Notes: a model not told the origin generated them from the letters alone. DNA of 37,123 nucleotides from an uncultured Lachnospiraceae bacterium (GCA_944384285.1 CALWSX010000164.1:1-37123), one strand, 5' to 3'; positions 1 to 10,218 are shown, counted from the stretch's first letter. Made by a program: numbers and translations.

Positions 1-215
1 TATATCGTAAATTTTGGGTATTTTTTTTGTAAAATGAAACTTTGTTTTATATTTTAGGATTTTTTGAAGTTTTATTTAGAAAACTTTTTGGTATTATTTT
101 TAAAATTTATATATTTTTTAGAAAATATGTTAGATAATACTATATTAATGTAGAAACAGAACAAAATTTTATAAACAAAAAAAATATATTATTTTTAAGT
201 TTTAAGCTAATAACA

Positions 216-244
216 TTGTAAATTTCGAAAAATTATGCTATAAT
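216..244 (+). promoter_or_regulatory. Sigma-A-type promoter for gyrB-gyrA
   Basis: TTGTAA (216-221), a 17-nt spacer, then extended -10 TGcTATAAT (236-244). It lies about 135 nt upstream of the gyrB ATG in a 380-nt AT-rich non-coding leader. Confidence 0.6.
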
Positions 245-379
245 TTAAAAAGAACATTAAAATCTAATTTTTTTAGAAAAAATATATAAGTGTCTTATAT
301 GGCTTAAATTTTTTATTTTTATAAATTTAATTTTTTTATCCCATATAAACCAAAAATTACTTTAAGGAGATAATAAACT

Positions 380-2281
380 ATGCCGGCAGATTATAATGAA
401 AATCAAATACAAGTTCTTGAGGGACTTGAAGCGGTCAGAAAAAGACCCGGTATGTACATAGGCTCAACATCATCAAGAGGTCTTCATCATCTTGTATACG
501 AAATTGTAGATAATGCAGTTGACGAAGCACTTGCGGGATATTGCAAAAATATTGACGTTACTATAAAAGAAGGCGAAATTATTACTGTTACCGATGACGG
601 ACGTGGTATTCCTGTTGGTATTCATCATCAAAAAGGAATTCCGGCGGTTGAAGTTGTATTTACAATTCTTCATGCAGGCGGTAAATTCGGCGGTGGCGGA
701 TATAAAGTTTCCGGCGGTCTTCATGGTGTTGGTGCATCTGTTGTAAACGCTCTTTCAGAAAGCCTTACCGTAAACGTAATGACAGACGGTAAAATTTACG
801 AACAACATTATGAAAAAGGAAAAGTAATGTCTAAGCTTGAAATTGTAGGAGAAACCGACAAAAGAGGTACTTCTATCTCATTTAAAGCAGACCCTGAAAT
901 ATTCGACGAAGTAGTTTATGATTATGATGTTTTAAGACAAAGACTTCGTGAAACCACATTTTTAACAAAAGGATTAAGAATTAACTTAAAAGACGAAAGA
1001 ATCGGAAAAGAAAACTTTATGTCTTTCTGCTACGAAGGCGGTATTAAAGAGTTTGTGTCCTTTATAAACAATAATAAAACTCCTCTTTATGAAGAAGTTT
1101 TTTATGCCGAAGGAATGAAAGACGACATTTATGTTGAAGTTGCTTTCCAGCACAACGACGGCTTTGTTGAAAATATTTTTACTTTTGTAAACAACATTAA
1201 TACTACAGACGGCGGTTCTCACCTCGCAGGTTTTAAAAGCGGTCTTACAAAAACTATAAACGATTACGGAAAACAATTTGGACTTTTAAAAGACAACGAC
1301 AAAAACCTTACAGGTGATGACGTAAGAGAAGGTATTACTGCCGTAATCTCTGTTAAAATATCAGAACCACAGTTTGAAGGTCAGACTAAAACAAAACTTG
1401 GAAACAGCGAAGTCAGACCTGTAGTTGATTCTATATTAAGTGAAAAACTTGAATATTTCCTCCATGAAAATCCAGCTATAGGAAAAGCCATATTTGAAAA
1501 AGCCCTCGTTGCATCACGTGCACGTGACGCTGCCAAAAAAGCACGTGAACTTATAAGACGTAAAAGTGTTTTGGAAAATTCAAGACTTCCTGGTAAACTT
1601 ACAGACTGTTCCGATAAAGACCCTAAAAACTGTGAAGTTTATATAGTAGAGGGTGATTCTGCGGGCGGTTCTGCTAAAAAGGCCCGTGACCCTAAAACTC
1701 AGGCTGTTCTTCCTATAAAAAAAAAAATCTTAAACGTTGAAAAAGCGCGTATTGATAAAATATTAAACAGTGAAGAAATTAAAAATATGATAACTGCTTT
1801 TGGTACAGGCATTTCTGATGATTTTGATATTTCAAAACTTCGTTATCATAAAATTGTAATTATGACAGATGCCGATGTTGACGGCGCCCACATAAGAACA
1901 CTTCTTCTTACTTTCTTCTACAGATATATGCGTCCTCTTATTGACGAAGGAAAGGTTTATATCGCACAGCCTCCTCTTTATCGTGTAGAAAAAAATAAAC
2001 AGTATTACTATGTTTACGACGATAACCAGCTTGAAGAATTATTTAATAAAATAGGCAGAAACGGTGTAAAAGGAATTCAAAGATACAAAGGTCTTGGTGA
2101 AATGGACTTTGACCAGTTAAGAGATACTACTATGGCAGTTGAAAATAGAATACTTAAAAAAGTAAGTATTAATGATGCTGTTGCAGCAGACGAAATTTTC
2201 AGTATTTTAATGGGCGATTTAGTAGAACCTAGACGAAACTTTATTTCCGAAAATGCACAGTATGCAGAAATGGACTTCTAA
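380..2281 (+). CDS. gyrB: DNA gyrase subunit B
   Basis: 633-aa ORF with RBS AAGGAGA 9 nt upstream. GHKL ATPase motifs ([39 protein letters not shown]), [14 protein letters not shown] and [20 protein letters not shown]. Confidence 0.97.
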   Translation: MPADYNENQIQVLEGLEAVRKRPGMYIGSTSSRGLHHLVYEIVDNAVDEALAGYCKNIDVTIKEGEIITVTDDGRGIPVGIHHQKGIPAVEVVFTILHAGGKFGGGGYKVSGGLHGVGASVVNALSESLTVNVMTDGKIYEQHYEKGKVMSKLEIVGETDKRGTSISFKADPEIFDEVVYDYDVLRQRLRETTFLTKGLRINLKDERIGKENFMSFCYEGGIKEFVSFINNNKTPLYEEVFYAEGMKDDIYVEVAFQHNDGFVENIFTFVNNINTTDGGSHLAGFKSGLTKTINDYGKQFGLLKDNDKNLTGDDVREGITAVISVKISEPQFEGQTKTKLGNSEVRPVVDSILSEKLEYFLHENPAIGKAIFEKALVASRARDAAKKARELIRRKSVLENSRLPGKLTDCSDKDPKNCEVYIVEGDSAGGSAKKARDPKTQAVLPIKKKILNVEKARIDKILNSEEIKNMITAFGTGISDDFDISKLRYHKIVIMTDADVDGAHIRTLLLTFFYRYMRPLIDEGKVYIAQPPLYRVEKNKQYYYVYDDNQLEELFNKIGRNGVKGIQRYKGLGEMDFDQLRDTTMAVENRILKKVSINDAVAADEIFSILMGDLVEPRRNFISENAQYAEMDF

Positions 2282-2332
2282 AAATATCATACCGTATATA
2301 TTCGGTTTATTACGGAAAGGACTTTAATATAA

Positions 2333-4858
2333 ATGAGTGATGAATTTTACAGTAACGAAAAGGATAAAATTGTATCCGTCGATTTGAATGACGAAATGAG
2401 AAAATGTTACATCGACTATGCAATGAGCGTTATTGTCGCAAGGGCTCTTCCTGATGTGCGTGATGGTTTAAAACCTGTACAAAGACGTATTCTTTACGCA
2501 ATGCATCAGACAAACAACGACTCAACAAAAGGATATAAAAAATCCGCGCGTATTGTCGGTGAAACAATGGGTAAATATCACCCTCACGGTGACAGCTCCA
2601 TTTATCAGGCCATGGTTCGTATGGCTCAAAATTTCTCAATGAGATATATGCTTGTTGACGGTCACGGAAACTTTGGTTCCGTTGACGGTGACGGTGCCGC
2701 AGCTCCAAGATATACAGAAGCAAGAATGAGCAAAATCACAGACGAAATTCTTGCTGATATTGATAAAAACACAGTAGACTTTATACCAAACTATGATGGT
2801 GACGATAAAGAACCTACAGTTTTACCTGCAAGAATACCTAACCTTCTTTTAAACGGTTCATCTGGTATTGCCGTTGGTATGGCTACAAATATACCACCTC
2901 ATAACTTAAACGAAGTTATTGACGGTGTTGTAAAACTTATAGATGACAAAATAAACGGTGTTGAAACTGACGTAGAAGATTTAATGGAACTTATAAAAGG
3001 TCCGGACTTTCCTACAGGCGCCGTTATACTTGGAAGAAGCGGTATTCGTGCCACATATAAAACAGGACGAGGAAAAATCATTGTTCGTGCAAAAGCAGAA
3101 ATAGTACCTGCCGAAAACGGACGTGAAAACATTATTGTTACAGAACTTCCTTACCAAGTAAACAAAGCCCGTCTTGTTGAAAAAATCGCAGACCTTGTAA
3201 AAGAAAAGAGAATTGAAGGTATAAGCGGACTTTTGGACGAATCTGCCGGCGATGACATTAAAATTACAATAGAGCTTAAAAAAGATGTAAACGCAAACGT
3301 TGTTTTAAACCAGCTTTATAAATATTCTCAGCTTCAGGAAAGCTTTGGCGCTATTATGATTGCGCTTGTTGACGGAAAACCTGTTGTATTAAACCTTAAA
3401 GATATACTTACAGAATATCTTAAACATCAGATTTCTGTTGTAACAAGAAGAACAGAGTTTGACCTTGAAAAAAAAAAAAAAAGAGCTCATATTTTAGAGG
3501 GCTTAAGAATTGCAATAAATAATATTGACGAAGTTATAAGAATTATAAGAACAAGCTACGATAACGCCAAAGAAAGACTTATGGAACGCTTTGGTTTTTC
3601 AGATATGCAGGCTCAAGCCATACTTGAAATGCAGTTAAGACGACTTCAAGGTCTTGAACATGAAAAAATTGATGCTGAATATAAAGAGCTCATGGAAAAA
3701 ATAGCTTACTTCAAATCAATTCTTGCAGATAAAGTTAAACTCTTAGGCGTTATTAAAGACGAAATAAGAGCTATCCAGGCAAAATATAAAGATGACAGAA
3801 GAACAGAAATTATAAATAATCCTGGAGAAATTGATATCGAAGACTTAATCGAAGAAGAAACAGACGTTATAACTCTTACACAGTTTAACTACATAAAGAG
3901 AATACCTTTAGATACATATAAGAGCCAAAACAGAGGCGGACGAGGTATTATCGGTATGCAAACAAGAGAAGAAGATGCTGTTAAAGACTTGTTTATATCA
4001 TCAACACATGATTATATTCTTTTCTTCACAAGTCTTGGAAGAGTATTCAAAATCAAAGGATACGAAATACCGGAAGCCGGAAGAAACGCAAAAGGTATGG
4101 CTATTGTAAACCTTTTAAATCTTTCACCGGGCGAAACCATTAACACAGTAATTCCTCTTAAAGAATTTAAAGAAAATGAATATCTTGTTATGGTTACTAA
4201 AAAAGGTATTATCAAAAAGACATCTATGAGCCTTTATGGAAATATCAGAAAAGGCGGTCTTATAGCCGTTAACTTACGTGATGACGACGAACTTATATCA
4301 GCCTTTGTAACAGACGGAAACAAAAATATTTTTGTAGCTACAAACTTAGGTCTTGGTATCAAATTTAATGAAAATGACGTAAGAGCTATAGGCAGAAACG
4401 CAACAGGTGTAAGAGCTATTACACTTAATGATAATGACAGAGTTGTTTTTGCCGGTATCATAGAAGAAGACATGAAAGTATTAAACGTAACTGAAAATGG
4501 TTACGGAAAAACTACTCCTGCATCTGACTTTAATGTACAGGGCAGAGGCGGAAAAGGTGTAAAAATACATCAAATCACTGAAAAAACAGGTAAACTTGTA
4601 GGCGTATGTATGGTTAACGACCTTGAAGAATTTATGATAATATCAAGTGAAGGTGTTATTATAAGACTCCGTGTTAAAGACATATCTACATTTAACAGAG
4701 TTTCTCAAGGTGTTAAACTTATTAATATGACAGAAAATATATCTGTTGTAGGTGTTACTAAAATTCACGAAGACGATGTATCAAACGCAGAAGAAAAATT
4801 TACTGAAAATATAGAAGCAAATATACCTTCCGATTTTGATACTGAAGAAGACGAATAA
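2333..4858 (+). CDS. gyrA: DNA gyrase subunit A
   Basis: 841-aa ORF with the catalytic-Tyr region AAPRYTEARM and a QRDR-like segment HPHGDSSIYQAMVRMAQ. C-terminal beta-pinwheel repeats and an acidic tail. Confidence 0.97.
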   Translation: MSDEFYSNEKDKIVSVDLNDEMRKCYIDYAMSVIVARALPDVRDGLKPVQRRILYAMHQTNNDSTKGYKKSARIVGETMGKYHPHGDSSIYQAMVRMAQNFSMRYMLVDGHGNFGSVDGDGAAAPRYTEARMSKITDEILADIDKNTVDFIPNYDGDDKEPTVLPARIPNLLLNGSSGIAVGMATNIPPHNLNEVIDGVVKLIDDKINGVETDVEDLMELIKGPDFPTGAVILGRSGIRATYKTGRGKIIVRAKAEIVPAENGRENIIVTELPYQVNKARLVEKIADLVKEKRIEGISGLLDESAGDDIKITIELKKDVNANVVLNQLYKYSQLQESFGAIMIALVDGKPVVLNLKDILTEYLKHQISVVTRRTEFDLEKKKKRAHILEGLRIAINNIDEVIRIIRTSYDNAKERLMERFGFSDMQAQAILEMQLRRLQGLEHEKIDAEYKELMEKIAYFKSILADKVKLLGVIKDEIRAIQAKYKDDRRTEIINNPGEIDIEDLIEEETDVITLTQFNYIKRIPLDTYKSQNRGGRGIIGMQTREEDAVKDLFISSTHDYILFFTSLGRVFKIKGYEIPEAGRNAKGMAIVNLLNLSPGETINTVIPLKEFKENEYLVMVTKKGIIKKTSMSLYGNIRKGGLIAVNLRDDDELISAFVTDGNKNIFVATNLGLGIKFNENDVRAIGRNATGVRAITLNDNDRVVFAGIIEEDMKVLNVTENGYGKTTPASDFNVQGRGGKGVKIHQITEKTGKLVGVCMVNDLEEFMIISSEGVIIRLRVKDISTFNRVSQGVKLINMTENISVVGVTKIHEDDVSNAEEKFTENIEANIPSDFDTEEDE

Positions 4859-4863
4859 AATAT

Positions 4864-4892
4864 AAGGTGTTGGGAAGCCAACACCTTTTTTT
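4864..4892 (+). terminator. Rho-independent terminator after gyrA
   Basis: Hairpin AAGGTGTTGG-gaag-CCAACACCTT followed by a T-run. Confidence 0.8.
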
Positions 4893-4987
4893 ATTTCCAA
4901 AATATCTTAAAATATTTAATTTTTTGACAAAACAATATTATTTTGAGATAATAAGAAAAATAAAAGATAGAAACAGAGGGATTAAAA

Positions 4988-6205
4988 ATGAGTAAAAAAT
5001 TTTCAAATTTAATTTTTATTTTACTTGTTCTCATCATCGGTCTTTGCGGTTGTAATAACAAAAAAGAAACCGAAAATACCGAAACAAAAGAAGAAATTAA
5101 GGAAGAAGTTATACAGGAAAAACCAATAACTACAACAGCGTCTTTTTCTGTTGTAGGCGATATTATGGTTCACAGCTACCAGTATGAAGAAGCTTATAAC
5201 TCTGAAACAAAAACTTATGATTTTTCTCATAATTTTACTGAAGTAAAAAAATATTTTGAAGGAAAAGACCTTGTAATTGGAAATCTTGAAACAGTTTTTG
5301 CGGGAGAAGAAGTCGGAATAAGCGATTATCCATGCTTTAATACTCCGGACTCATTTTTAGATACATTAAAAGATGCCGGATTTAATTTAGTTACAACAGC
5401 AAACAATCACTGTATGGATAAAGGAAAAAACGGTCTTTTAAGAACAATACAAAAACTTGATGAAAAAGGAATTTCTCATGTAGGAACCTATGCATCACAG
5501 GAAGAAAGCGAAGAAACTCTTATAAAAGAAATAAACGGCATAAAATTTGCTTTTGTATCATTTACATACGGAACTAACGGTATAAACGTACCGGATCCTT
5601 ATCTTGTAAACGTTATGTCTGAACAGCTTGTAAAAGAAAAAATACAAAAAGCAAAAGCAGAAAACCCTGATTTTGTTGTAGTTATGCCACACATGGGTAA
5701 TGAATACGAATTATATGTAAGAGATGTATTTAAAAACTGGGCAGATTTAATGTTTGAATCCGGTGCAGATATAATACTTGCAAGTCACCCTCATGTTTTA
5801 CAGCCTATGGAAATGCGTACTCTTACAGATGAAAACGGAAACCAAAAAACAGGATTTATAATTTATTCTTTAGGGAACTTTATTTCATCTCAAACAACAC
5901 CTCCAAGAAATGCGGGCGTAATTTTAAATATGGATTTTGAAAAAACAGACGATGTTGCAAAAATTAAAAAAATATCTGTTGTGCCTGTCTGGACACAGTT
6001 TAGAATACCTTCAGGCAGAAATTATTTCCAGGTAAGATCAGTTTATGATATTATAACAATGCCAGAAGAACAGCAAAAAACAGATGTAAGACCAAAAGAT
6101 TTAAACAGAGTACGTGATATACATTATGAAACTACAAAAATGCTTTTAAATAAGGATATTCCTATAGAAAACATACAAGAAGAATACACATTCTACGAAG
6201 GTTAA
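4988..6205 (+). CDS. CapA/PGA_cap-family metallophosphatase-like lipoprotein (poly-gamma-glutamate capsule synthesis family)
   Basis: 405 aa. Signal peptide with lipobox LCGC. Family motifs GDIMVH, GNLET, ANNHCMDKGKNGL, PHMGNEYE and ASHPHVLQ. Confidence 0.8.
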   Translation: MSKKFSNLIFILLVLIIGLCGCNNKKETENTETKEEIKEEVIQEKPITTTASFSVVGDIMVHSYQYEEAYNSETKTYDFSHNFTEVKKYFEGKDLVIGNLETVFAGEEVGISDYPCFNTPDSFLDTLKDAGFNLVTTANNHCMDKGKNGLLRTIQKLDEKGISHVGTYASQEESEETLIKEINGIKFAFVSFTYGTNGINVPDPYLVNVMSEQLVKEKIQKAKAENPDFVVVMPHMGNEYELYVRDVFKNWADLMFESGADIILASHPHVLQPMEMRTLTDENGNQKTGFIIYSLGNFISSQTTPPRNAGVILNMDFEKTDDVAKIKKISVVPVWTQFRIPSGRNYFQVRSVYDIITMPEEQQKTDVRPKDLNRVRDIHYETTKMLLNKDIPIENIQEEYTFYEG

Positions 6206-6211
6206 ATTACT

Positions 6212-6262
6212 AAAACGCTTTTAAGATATAAGTTTATTTATATTTTAAAGGCGTTTTTATTT
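6212..6262 (+). terminator. Probable terminator after the capA-like gene
   Basis: AAAACGCTTTTAA pairs with TTAAAGGCGTTTT across a roughly 20-nt loop, followed by a T-run. The large loop lowers confidence. Confidence 0.45.
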
Positions 6263-6268
6263 TTGATA

Positions 6269-6296
6269 TTGATTTTTTATGTAATACTGATATACT
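6269..6296 (+). promoter_or_regulatory. Candidate promoter of the GntR-family gene
   Basis: TTGATT, a 16-nt spacer, then extended -10 TGaTATACT. Confidence 0.45.
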
Positions 6297-6299
6297 TAT

Positions 6300-6344
6300 G
6301 TTGTATGGTTATACAACTTTTATAAGACAACATACAACGTATGT
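6300..6344. promoter_or_regulatory. Two palindromes, candidate GntR/FadR operators
   Basis: GTTGTAT-ggtt-ATACAAC (6300-6317) and ACATAC-aac-GTATGT (6330-6344), immediately downstream of the candidate -10. They fit the GT..AC type palindromes used by GntR-family repressors. Confidence 0.45.
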
Positions 6345-6377
6345 GTACATAAAATATTTTAAGGAGGATTTTTACAT

Positions 6378-7070
6378 ATGAATAAGGGCGAAAAAATTCT
6401 TTCCGAAAGAGTAGCTGAAGAAATTATTGATATGATTACAATAGAAAAAAGATTTGCGCCTGGAGATAAACTTCCAAATGAAAACATACTATCTCAAGAG
6501 CTTGGAGTAAGCCGTACAACTTTAAGAGAAGCTGTACGTTATCTTGCTGCGCACAATATTCTGGAAATAAAAAGAGGAAAAGGCACTTTTGTAACAGAAC
6601 ATAATGAAGTTTTTGATGATTTAGGTATACATGAACTTGAAAATGTTTTCGTAAAATTAAAAGACGTTTTGGAAATGCGTCTTATATTTGAGCCTTACAT
6701 GGTTTATCTTGCTGTAAAAAGAGGAACAGAAGAAGAAATCAATAAAATAATAGAATACGGTATGATAAACGATGAAATTGTATCAAATGGAGGAGACAGA
6801 ACAGAAACTGATAAACTTTTCCATGGCGCTATAGCAAAAGCATCTCACAACAATTTAGTAAAATCACTTTTACCTATACTCGAAGAAGGAATTAATATTG
6901 CAGAAGAAGCAAGTGAAAAAAAAGTATCTGTTTTAAACTGCCCTAAAAAAGATCACCTTTTAATAATTGAATGTATAAAAAATAAAGACGCTGTCGGCGC
7001 AAAATACGCAATGTACCAGCATATAGCAAATGCTATGAGAGAATTCGGATATAAAGTTGATATGGAATAA
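6378..7070 (+). CDS. GntR/FadR-family transcriptional regulator
   Basis: 230 aa. N-terminal winged HTH (LPNENILSQELGVSRTTLREAVRYLAAHNILEIKRGKGTFV) plus an all-helical FCD-like C-terminal domain. Confidence 0.9.
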   Translation: MNKGEKILSERVAEEIIDMITIEKRFAPGDKLPNENILSQELGVSRTTLREAVRYLAAHNILEIKRGKGTFVTEHNEVFDDLGIHELENVFVKLKDVLEMRLIFEPYMVYLAVKRGTEEEINKIIEYGMINDEIVSNGGDRTETDKLFHGAIAKASHNNLVKSLLPILEEGINIAEEASEKKVSVLNCPKKDHLLIIECIKNKDAVGAKYAMYQHIANAMREFGYKVDME

Positions 7071-7074
7071 ATTA

Positions 7075-7110
7075 ATAACCACAGTTTTAAAACTGTGGTT
7101 ATATTTTTTT
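7075..7110 (+). terminator. Rho-independent terminator after the GntR gene
   Basis: 14-bp perfect stem ATAACCACAGTTTT/AAAACTGTGGTTAT followed by T7. Confidence 0.8.
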
Positions 7111-7140
7111 AATATTTTTGTTTGTTATAAAACTTTTTTA

Positions 7141-7182
7141 TTGACTTTTTTTTTATAACTAACTAAAATAATAGCATACTAT
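7141..7182 (+). promoter_or_regulatory. Promoter of the MarR gene plus an operator-like 12-mer
   Basis: TTGACT (7141-7146), 17-nt spacer, TAAAAT (7164-7169). This is followed directly by ATAGCataCTAT (7171-7182), which matches 10/12 with the core of the palindrome at 7665-7680. Confidence 0.5.
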
Positions 7183-7200
7183 GAGTAAGGAGTGTTTTTT

Positions 7201-7629
7201 ATGAAAGATATACATTGTGGTATGCTTATAAAACTTATAAATGATAAGCTTTATAAAAATCTTAACAAAGAACTTAAAGAAGTCGATATAACATATTCAC
7301 AACTTAAATTTTTATTTTTTATGAATGATATGTATAATGCAAACATGCCTTCATATTTAAAATCATTTGAACAGTTTTTTTCTGTTTCACAGCCTACAGT
7401 TGTTGGAATTATAAAAAGACTTGAAAAAAAAGGACTCATATATTTAACCAATGACGAAGTAGACAAAAGAATAAAAATTGCACATCTTACAGATAAAGGC
7501 TTTGAAGTCTGCAATATTTGTATAGCAAATAAATATAACACAGAAAAGAAAATATTAAAAAACTTTACTAAACAAGAAGAACATCAATTACAGGAACTTC
7601 TTAAAAAGCTTTATGAAAATATAGACTAA
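7201..7629 (+). CDS. MarR-family transcriptional regulator
   Basis: Winged-helix region SQPTVVGIIKRLEKKGLIYLTNDEVDKRIKIAHLTDKG. I prefer the ATG at 7201 (RBS GGAG 7189-7192, 8-nt spacing) over the ORF-track GTG at 7192, which overlaps the RBS. Confidence 0.85.
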   Translation: MKDIHCGMLIKLINDKLYKNLNKELKEVDITYSQLKFLFFMNDMYNANMPSYLKSFEQFFSVSQPTVVGIIKRLEKKGLIYLTNDEVDKRIKIAHLTDKGFEVCNICIANKYNTEKKILKNFTKQEEHQLQELLKKLYENID

Positions 7630-7664
7630 AAATTATTTTTAATAATCTTATATTTTATATAAAT

Positions 7665-7680
7665 CAATAGCGTGCTATTG
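7665..7680. promoter_or_regulatory. Candidate MarR operator upstream of the MATE gene
   Basis: Perfect inverted repeat CAATAGC-gt-GCTATTG, 32 nt upstream of the MATE start codon. Confidence 0.45.
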
Positions 7681-7711
7681 CAATATTTTAAGATAATAAG
7701 GAGATTTTAAA

Positions 7712-9076
7712 ATGGATAAAAGTGATTTAAGCAGATTTACAAATATGTCTGTAAGAAGTGCAGTATTTAAAAATGCTATACCTTCTATCGTAGCTATGCT
7801 TATGGTTTTAATATATAATCTTGCAGACACTTTCTTTATAGGTCAAACAAGAAACGATTTTCAGGTTGCAGCTGTATCTCTTGCAACTCCAGTTTTTCTT
7901 TTTTTTACTGCTTTTGGTAATGTTTTCGGAATTGGTGGTTCTTCTGTAATTTCGAGGTCATTGGGTGAAGGAAAATATGATTATGTAAAAAAAGTTTCTT
8001 CATTCTGTATGTGGTCATGTGTAATAGTAGGTATTGCATTTATGGCTTTTTTACTTATCTTCATGGACGATATACTTGTACTTATTGGTGCAAGTGCGGA
8101 AACATACGAATATACTAAAACATATTTAACAATAGTTTCTTTTTGTGGTCCGTTTGTACTTGTAGGAACTTGTTTTTCAAATGTAATACGTGGTGAAGGT
8201 AAACCTGGAGTTGCCATGACAGGTATGTTTATTGGTAACTTAACAAATATCATATTAGACCCAATTATGATTCTTACAATGGGGCTTGAAATAAAAGGTG
8301 CGGCAATAGCTACTGTTATAGGAAATATATTTGGTGCTGCATATTACATAATTTATTTTTTAAGAAAAAAATCCATATTAAGTATAAACATAAAAGATTT
8401 TACATTAAAGGAAAAAGTTTTTTCAAAAACAATATCAATAGGTATACCATCATCTTTGGGTTCAATACTTATGAGTGTTGCACAAATAACAGCAAACAGC
8501 GTAATTTCAAAATATGGAGATATGGCAGTTGCCGCTATGGGTGTAACATTTAAAGTAATGATTATAATCACTCTTGCAGCCATTGGCTTAGGACAAGGAG
8601 TTCAGCCTCTTTTAGGTTTTTGCTACGGTTCAAGAAACAAGAAACGATTTAAAGAAATACTTAGATTTTCACTTTTATTTTCTTTCATAATGTGCGCATG
8701 TTTAACTATATTATGTTTTGTATTTATAAACAACATAGTTGGAGTTTTCTTAACAGAAACAACATCAATAGGCTACGCTGTTAGCTTTTCAAGAAAAATG
8801 CTTACAACAACTACATTATTCGGACTTTTCTTCGTTTTTATGAACTCACTCCAGGCTATGGGAGCAGCATTACCTTCACTTATAACTTCAATTTGCCGTC
8901 AAGGTTTAATTTATATACCATCATTATTTGTACTTGACAAAATTTTTAGATTAGAAGGTATTATATGGTCACAACCTTTATCAGACTTATGTTCTCTTAT
9001 AATAGTTATAATTTTCTATAAAATAACTATGAAAAAAAATCAAAAAATATTTGATGAAGGAAATATACCAGCTTAA
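7712..9076 (+). CDS. MATE-family multidrug/toxic-compound efflux transporter
   Basis: 454 aa and about 12 TM segments, with a MATE-like N-terminus (AIPSIVAMLMVLIYNLADTFFIGQ). RBS AAGGAGA upstream. Confidence 0.85.
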   Translation: MDKSDLSRFTNMSVRSAVFKNAIPSIVAMLMVLIYNLADTFFIGQTRNDFQVAAVSLATPVFLFFTAFGNVFGIGGSSVISRSLGEGKYDYVKKVSSFCMWSCVIVGIAFMAFLLIFMDDILVLIGASAETYEYTKTYLTIVSFCGPFVLVGTCFSNVIRGEGKPGVAMTGMFIGNLTNIILDPIMILTMGLEIKGAAIATVIGNIFGAAYYIIYFLRKKSILSINIKDFTLKEKVFSKTISIGIPSSLGSILMSVAQITANSVISKYGDMAVAAMGVTFKVMIIITLAAIGLGQGVQPLLGFCYGSRNKKRFKEILRFSLLFSFIMCACLTILCFVFINNIVGVFLTETTSIGYAVSFSRKMLTTTTLFGLFFVFMNSLQAMGAALPSLITSICRQGLIYIPSLFVLDKIFRLEGIIWSQPLSDLCSLIIVIIFYKITMKKNQKIFDEGNIPA

Positions 9077-9102
9077 GAAACAGAAAAACAATTTATTTAA
9101 AT

Positions 9103-9133
9103 AAAAAAACACAGGCTATTCCTGTGTTTTTTT
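9103..9133. terminator. Bidirectional terminator between the MATE gene (+) and recF (-)
   Basis: AAAAAAACACAGG-ctatt-CCTGTGTTTTTTT, with A/T runs on both sides. It overlaps the recF stop codon. Confidence 0.75.
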
Positions 9134-10190
9134 ATATTATATTTCCTTCTTTAATACAAAATACTTTTGCACTTTCTTTTAATTTAGATAAAGATGCGTC
9201 AAAACCCGTACAAGTAATAATAGTTTGAAGGTCAAACATATTTTCTACCAAAAGAGACTGTCTTTTATCATCAAGTTCGGATAAAACATCATCTAACAAA
9301 AGAACAGGTTTTTTATTTGTAATATTTTTAATTATATCTATTTCAGAAAGTTTAACGGACAAAACAGCCGTTCTCTGCTGTCCCTGAGAACCATATATTT
9401 TAGCATCTTTTCCATTTATAAAAAATGAAATATCATCTTTATGAGGACCGGACATTGTATTTTTTAAATATATATCTTTTTCTCTGTTTTGTTTAAATTT
9501 TTCAAAAAAATCATTAATATTAACATTTGGTTTATATTTAAGCAAAAGCTCTTCTTTACCAGATGTTATTTTTTTATGTTTATCATTTGCATAGTCATTT
9601 ATTTTTTTAATATAGCTTTCTCTTAAAGATATAATCTTTTCAGCATACATAAAAAGCTGTTCATCATAAACGGATAAAAGCTCATAATTAACATCATTTA
9701 ATTTAAGAAGTAAATTTCTTTGTTTTAAAATCTTATAATAATTTTTAAGGCTATTGTAATACAAAGGATTAATCTGGCATATTTCCATATCCAAAAATCG
9801 TCTACGTTCTGAAGGTCCGCCTTTTATTAAATTAAGGTCATCGGGAGAGAATATAACCGTTAATAAATTCCCGAAAAGGTCACCCAATTTTTTAACCGGT
9901 ATTTTATTTACAAGTATAGATTTTCGCCCTTCATTTACTATATGAACATCAATAGTATTTCCTTCTGACGTATATGTCGTAATATGAGCTTCTTTTTTAT
10001 CTTTTTTTATAAGATGATTTTCTGTTCTTGTTTTTTGAGAACGACCCATAGAAGAAATATAAATAGATTCAAGTATATTTGTTTTTCCCTGGCCGTTATC
10101 TCCATAAAGAATATTTGTTTTTTCGGAAAGCTCAATATTAATTTCCGAAATATTTCTAAAATCCTTTAAACTAAGACTTTTTATATACAA
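9132..10190 (-). CDS. recF: DNA replication and repair protein RecF
   Basis: 352 aa with Walker A GDNGQGKTNILE, signature SQGQQRT and Walker B LLLDDVLSELD. TTG start preceded by the AGAGGTGA RBS. Confidence 0.93.
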   Translation of the reverse strand: MYIKSLSLKDFRNISEINIELSEKTNILYGDNGQGKTNILESIYISSMGRSQKTRTENHLIKKDKKEAHITTYTSEGNTIDVHIVNEGRKSILVNKIPVKKLGDLFGNLLTVIFSPDDLNLIKGGPSERRRFLDMEICQINPLYYNSLKNYYKILKQRNLLLKLNDVNYELLSVYDEQLFMYAEKIISLRESYIKKINDYANDKHKKITSGKEELLLKYKPNVNINDFFEKFKQNREKDIYLKNTMSGPHKDDISFFINGKDAKIYGSQGQQRTAVLSVKLSEIDIIKNITNKKPVLLLDDVLSELDDKRQSLLVENMFDLQTIITCTGFDASLSKLKESAKVFCIKEGNII

Positions 10191-10218
10191 AAAATCACCT
10201 CTTAAAAAACAGTAAAAA

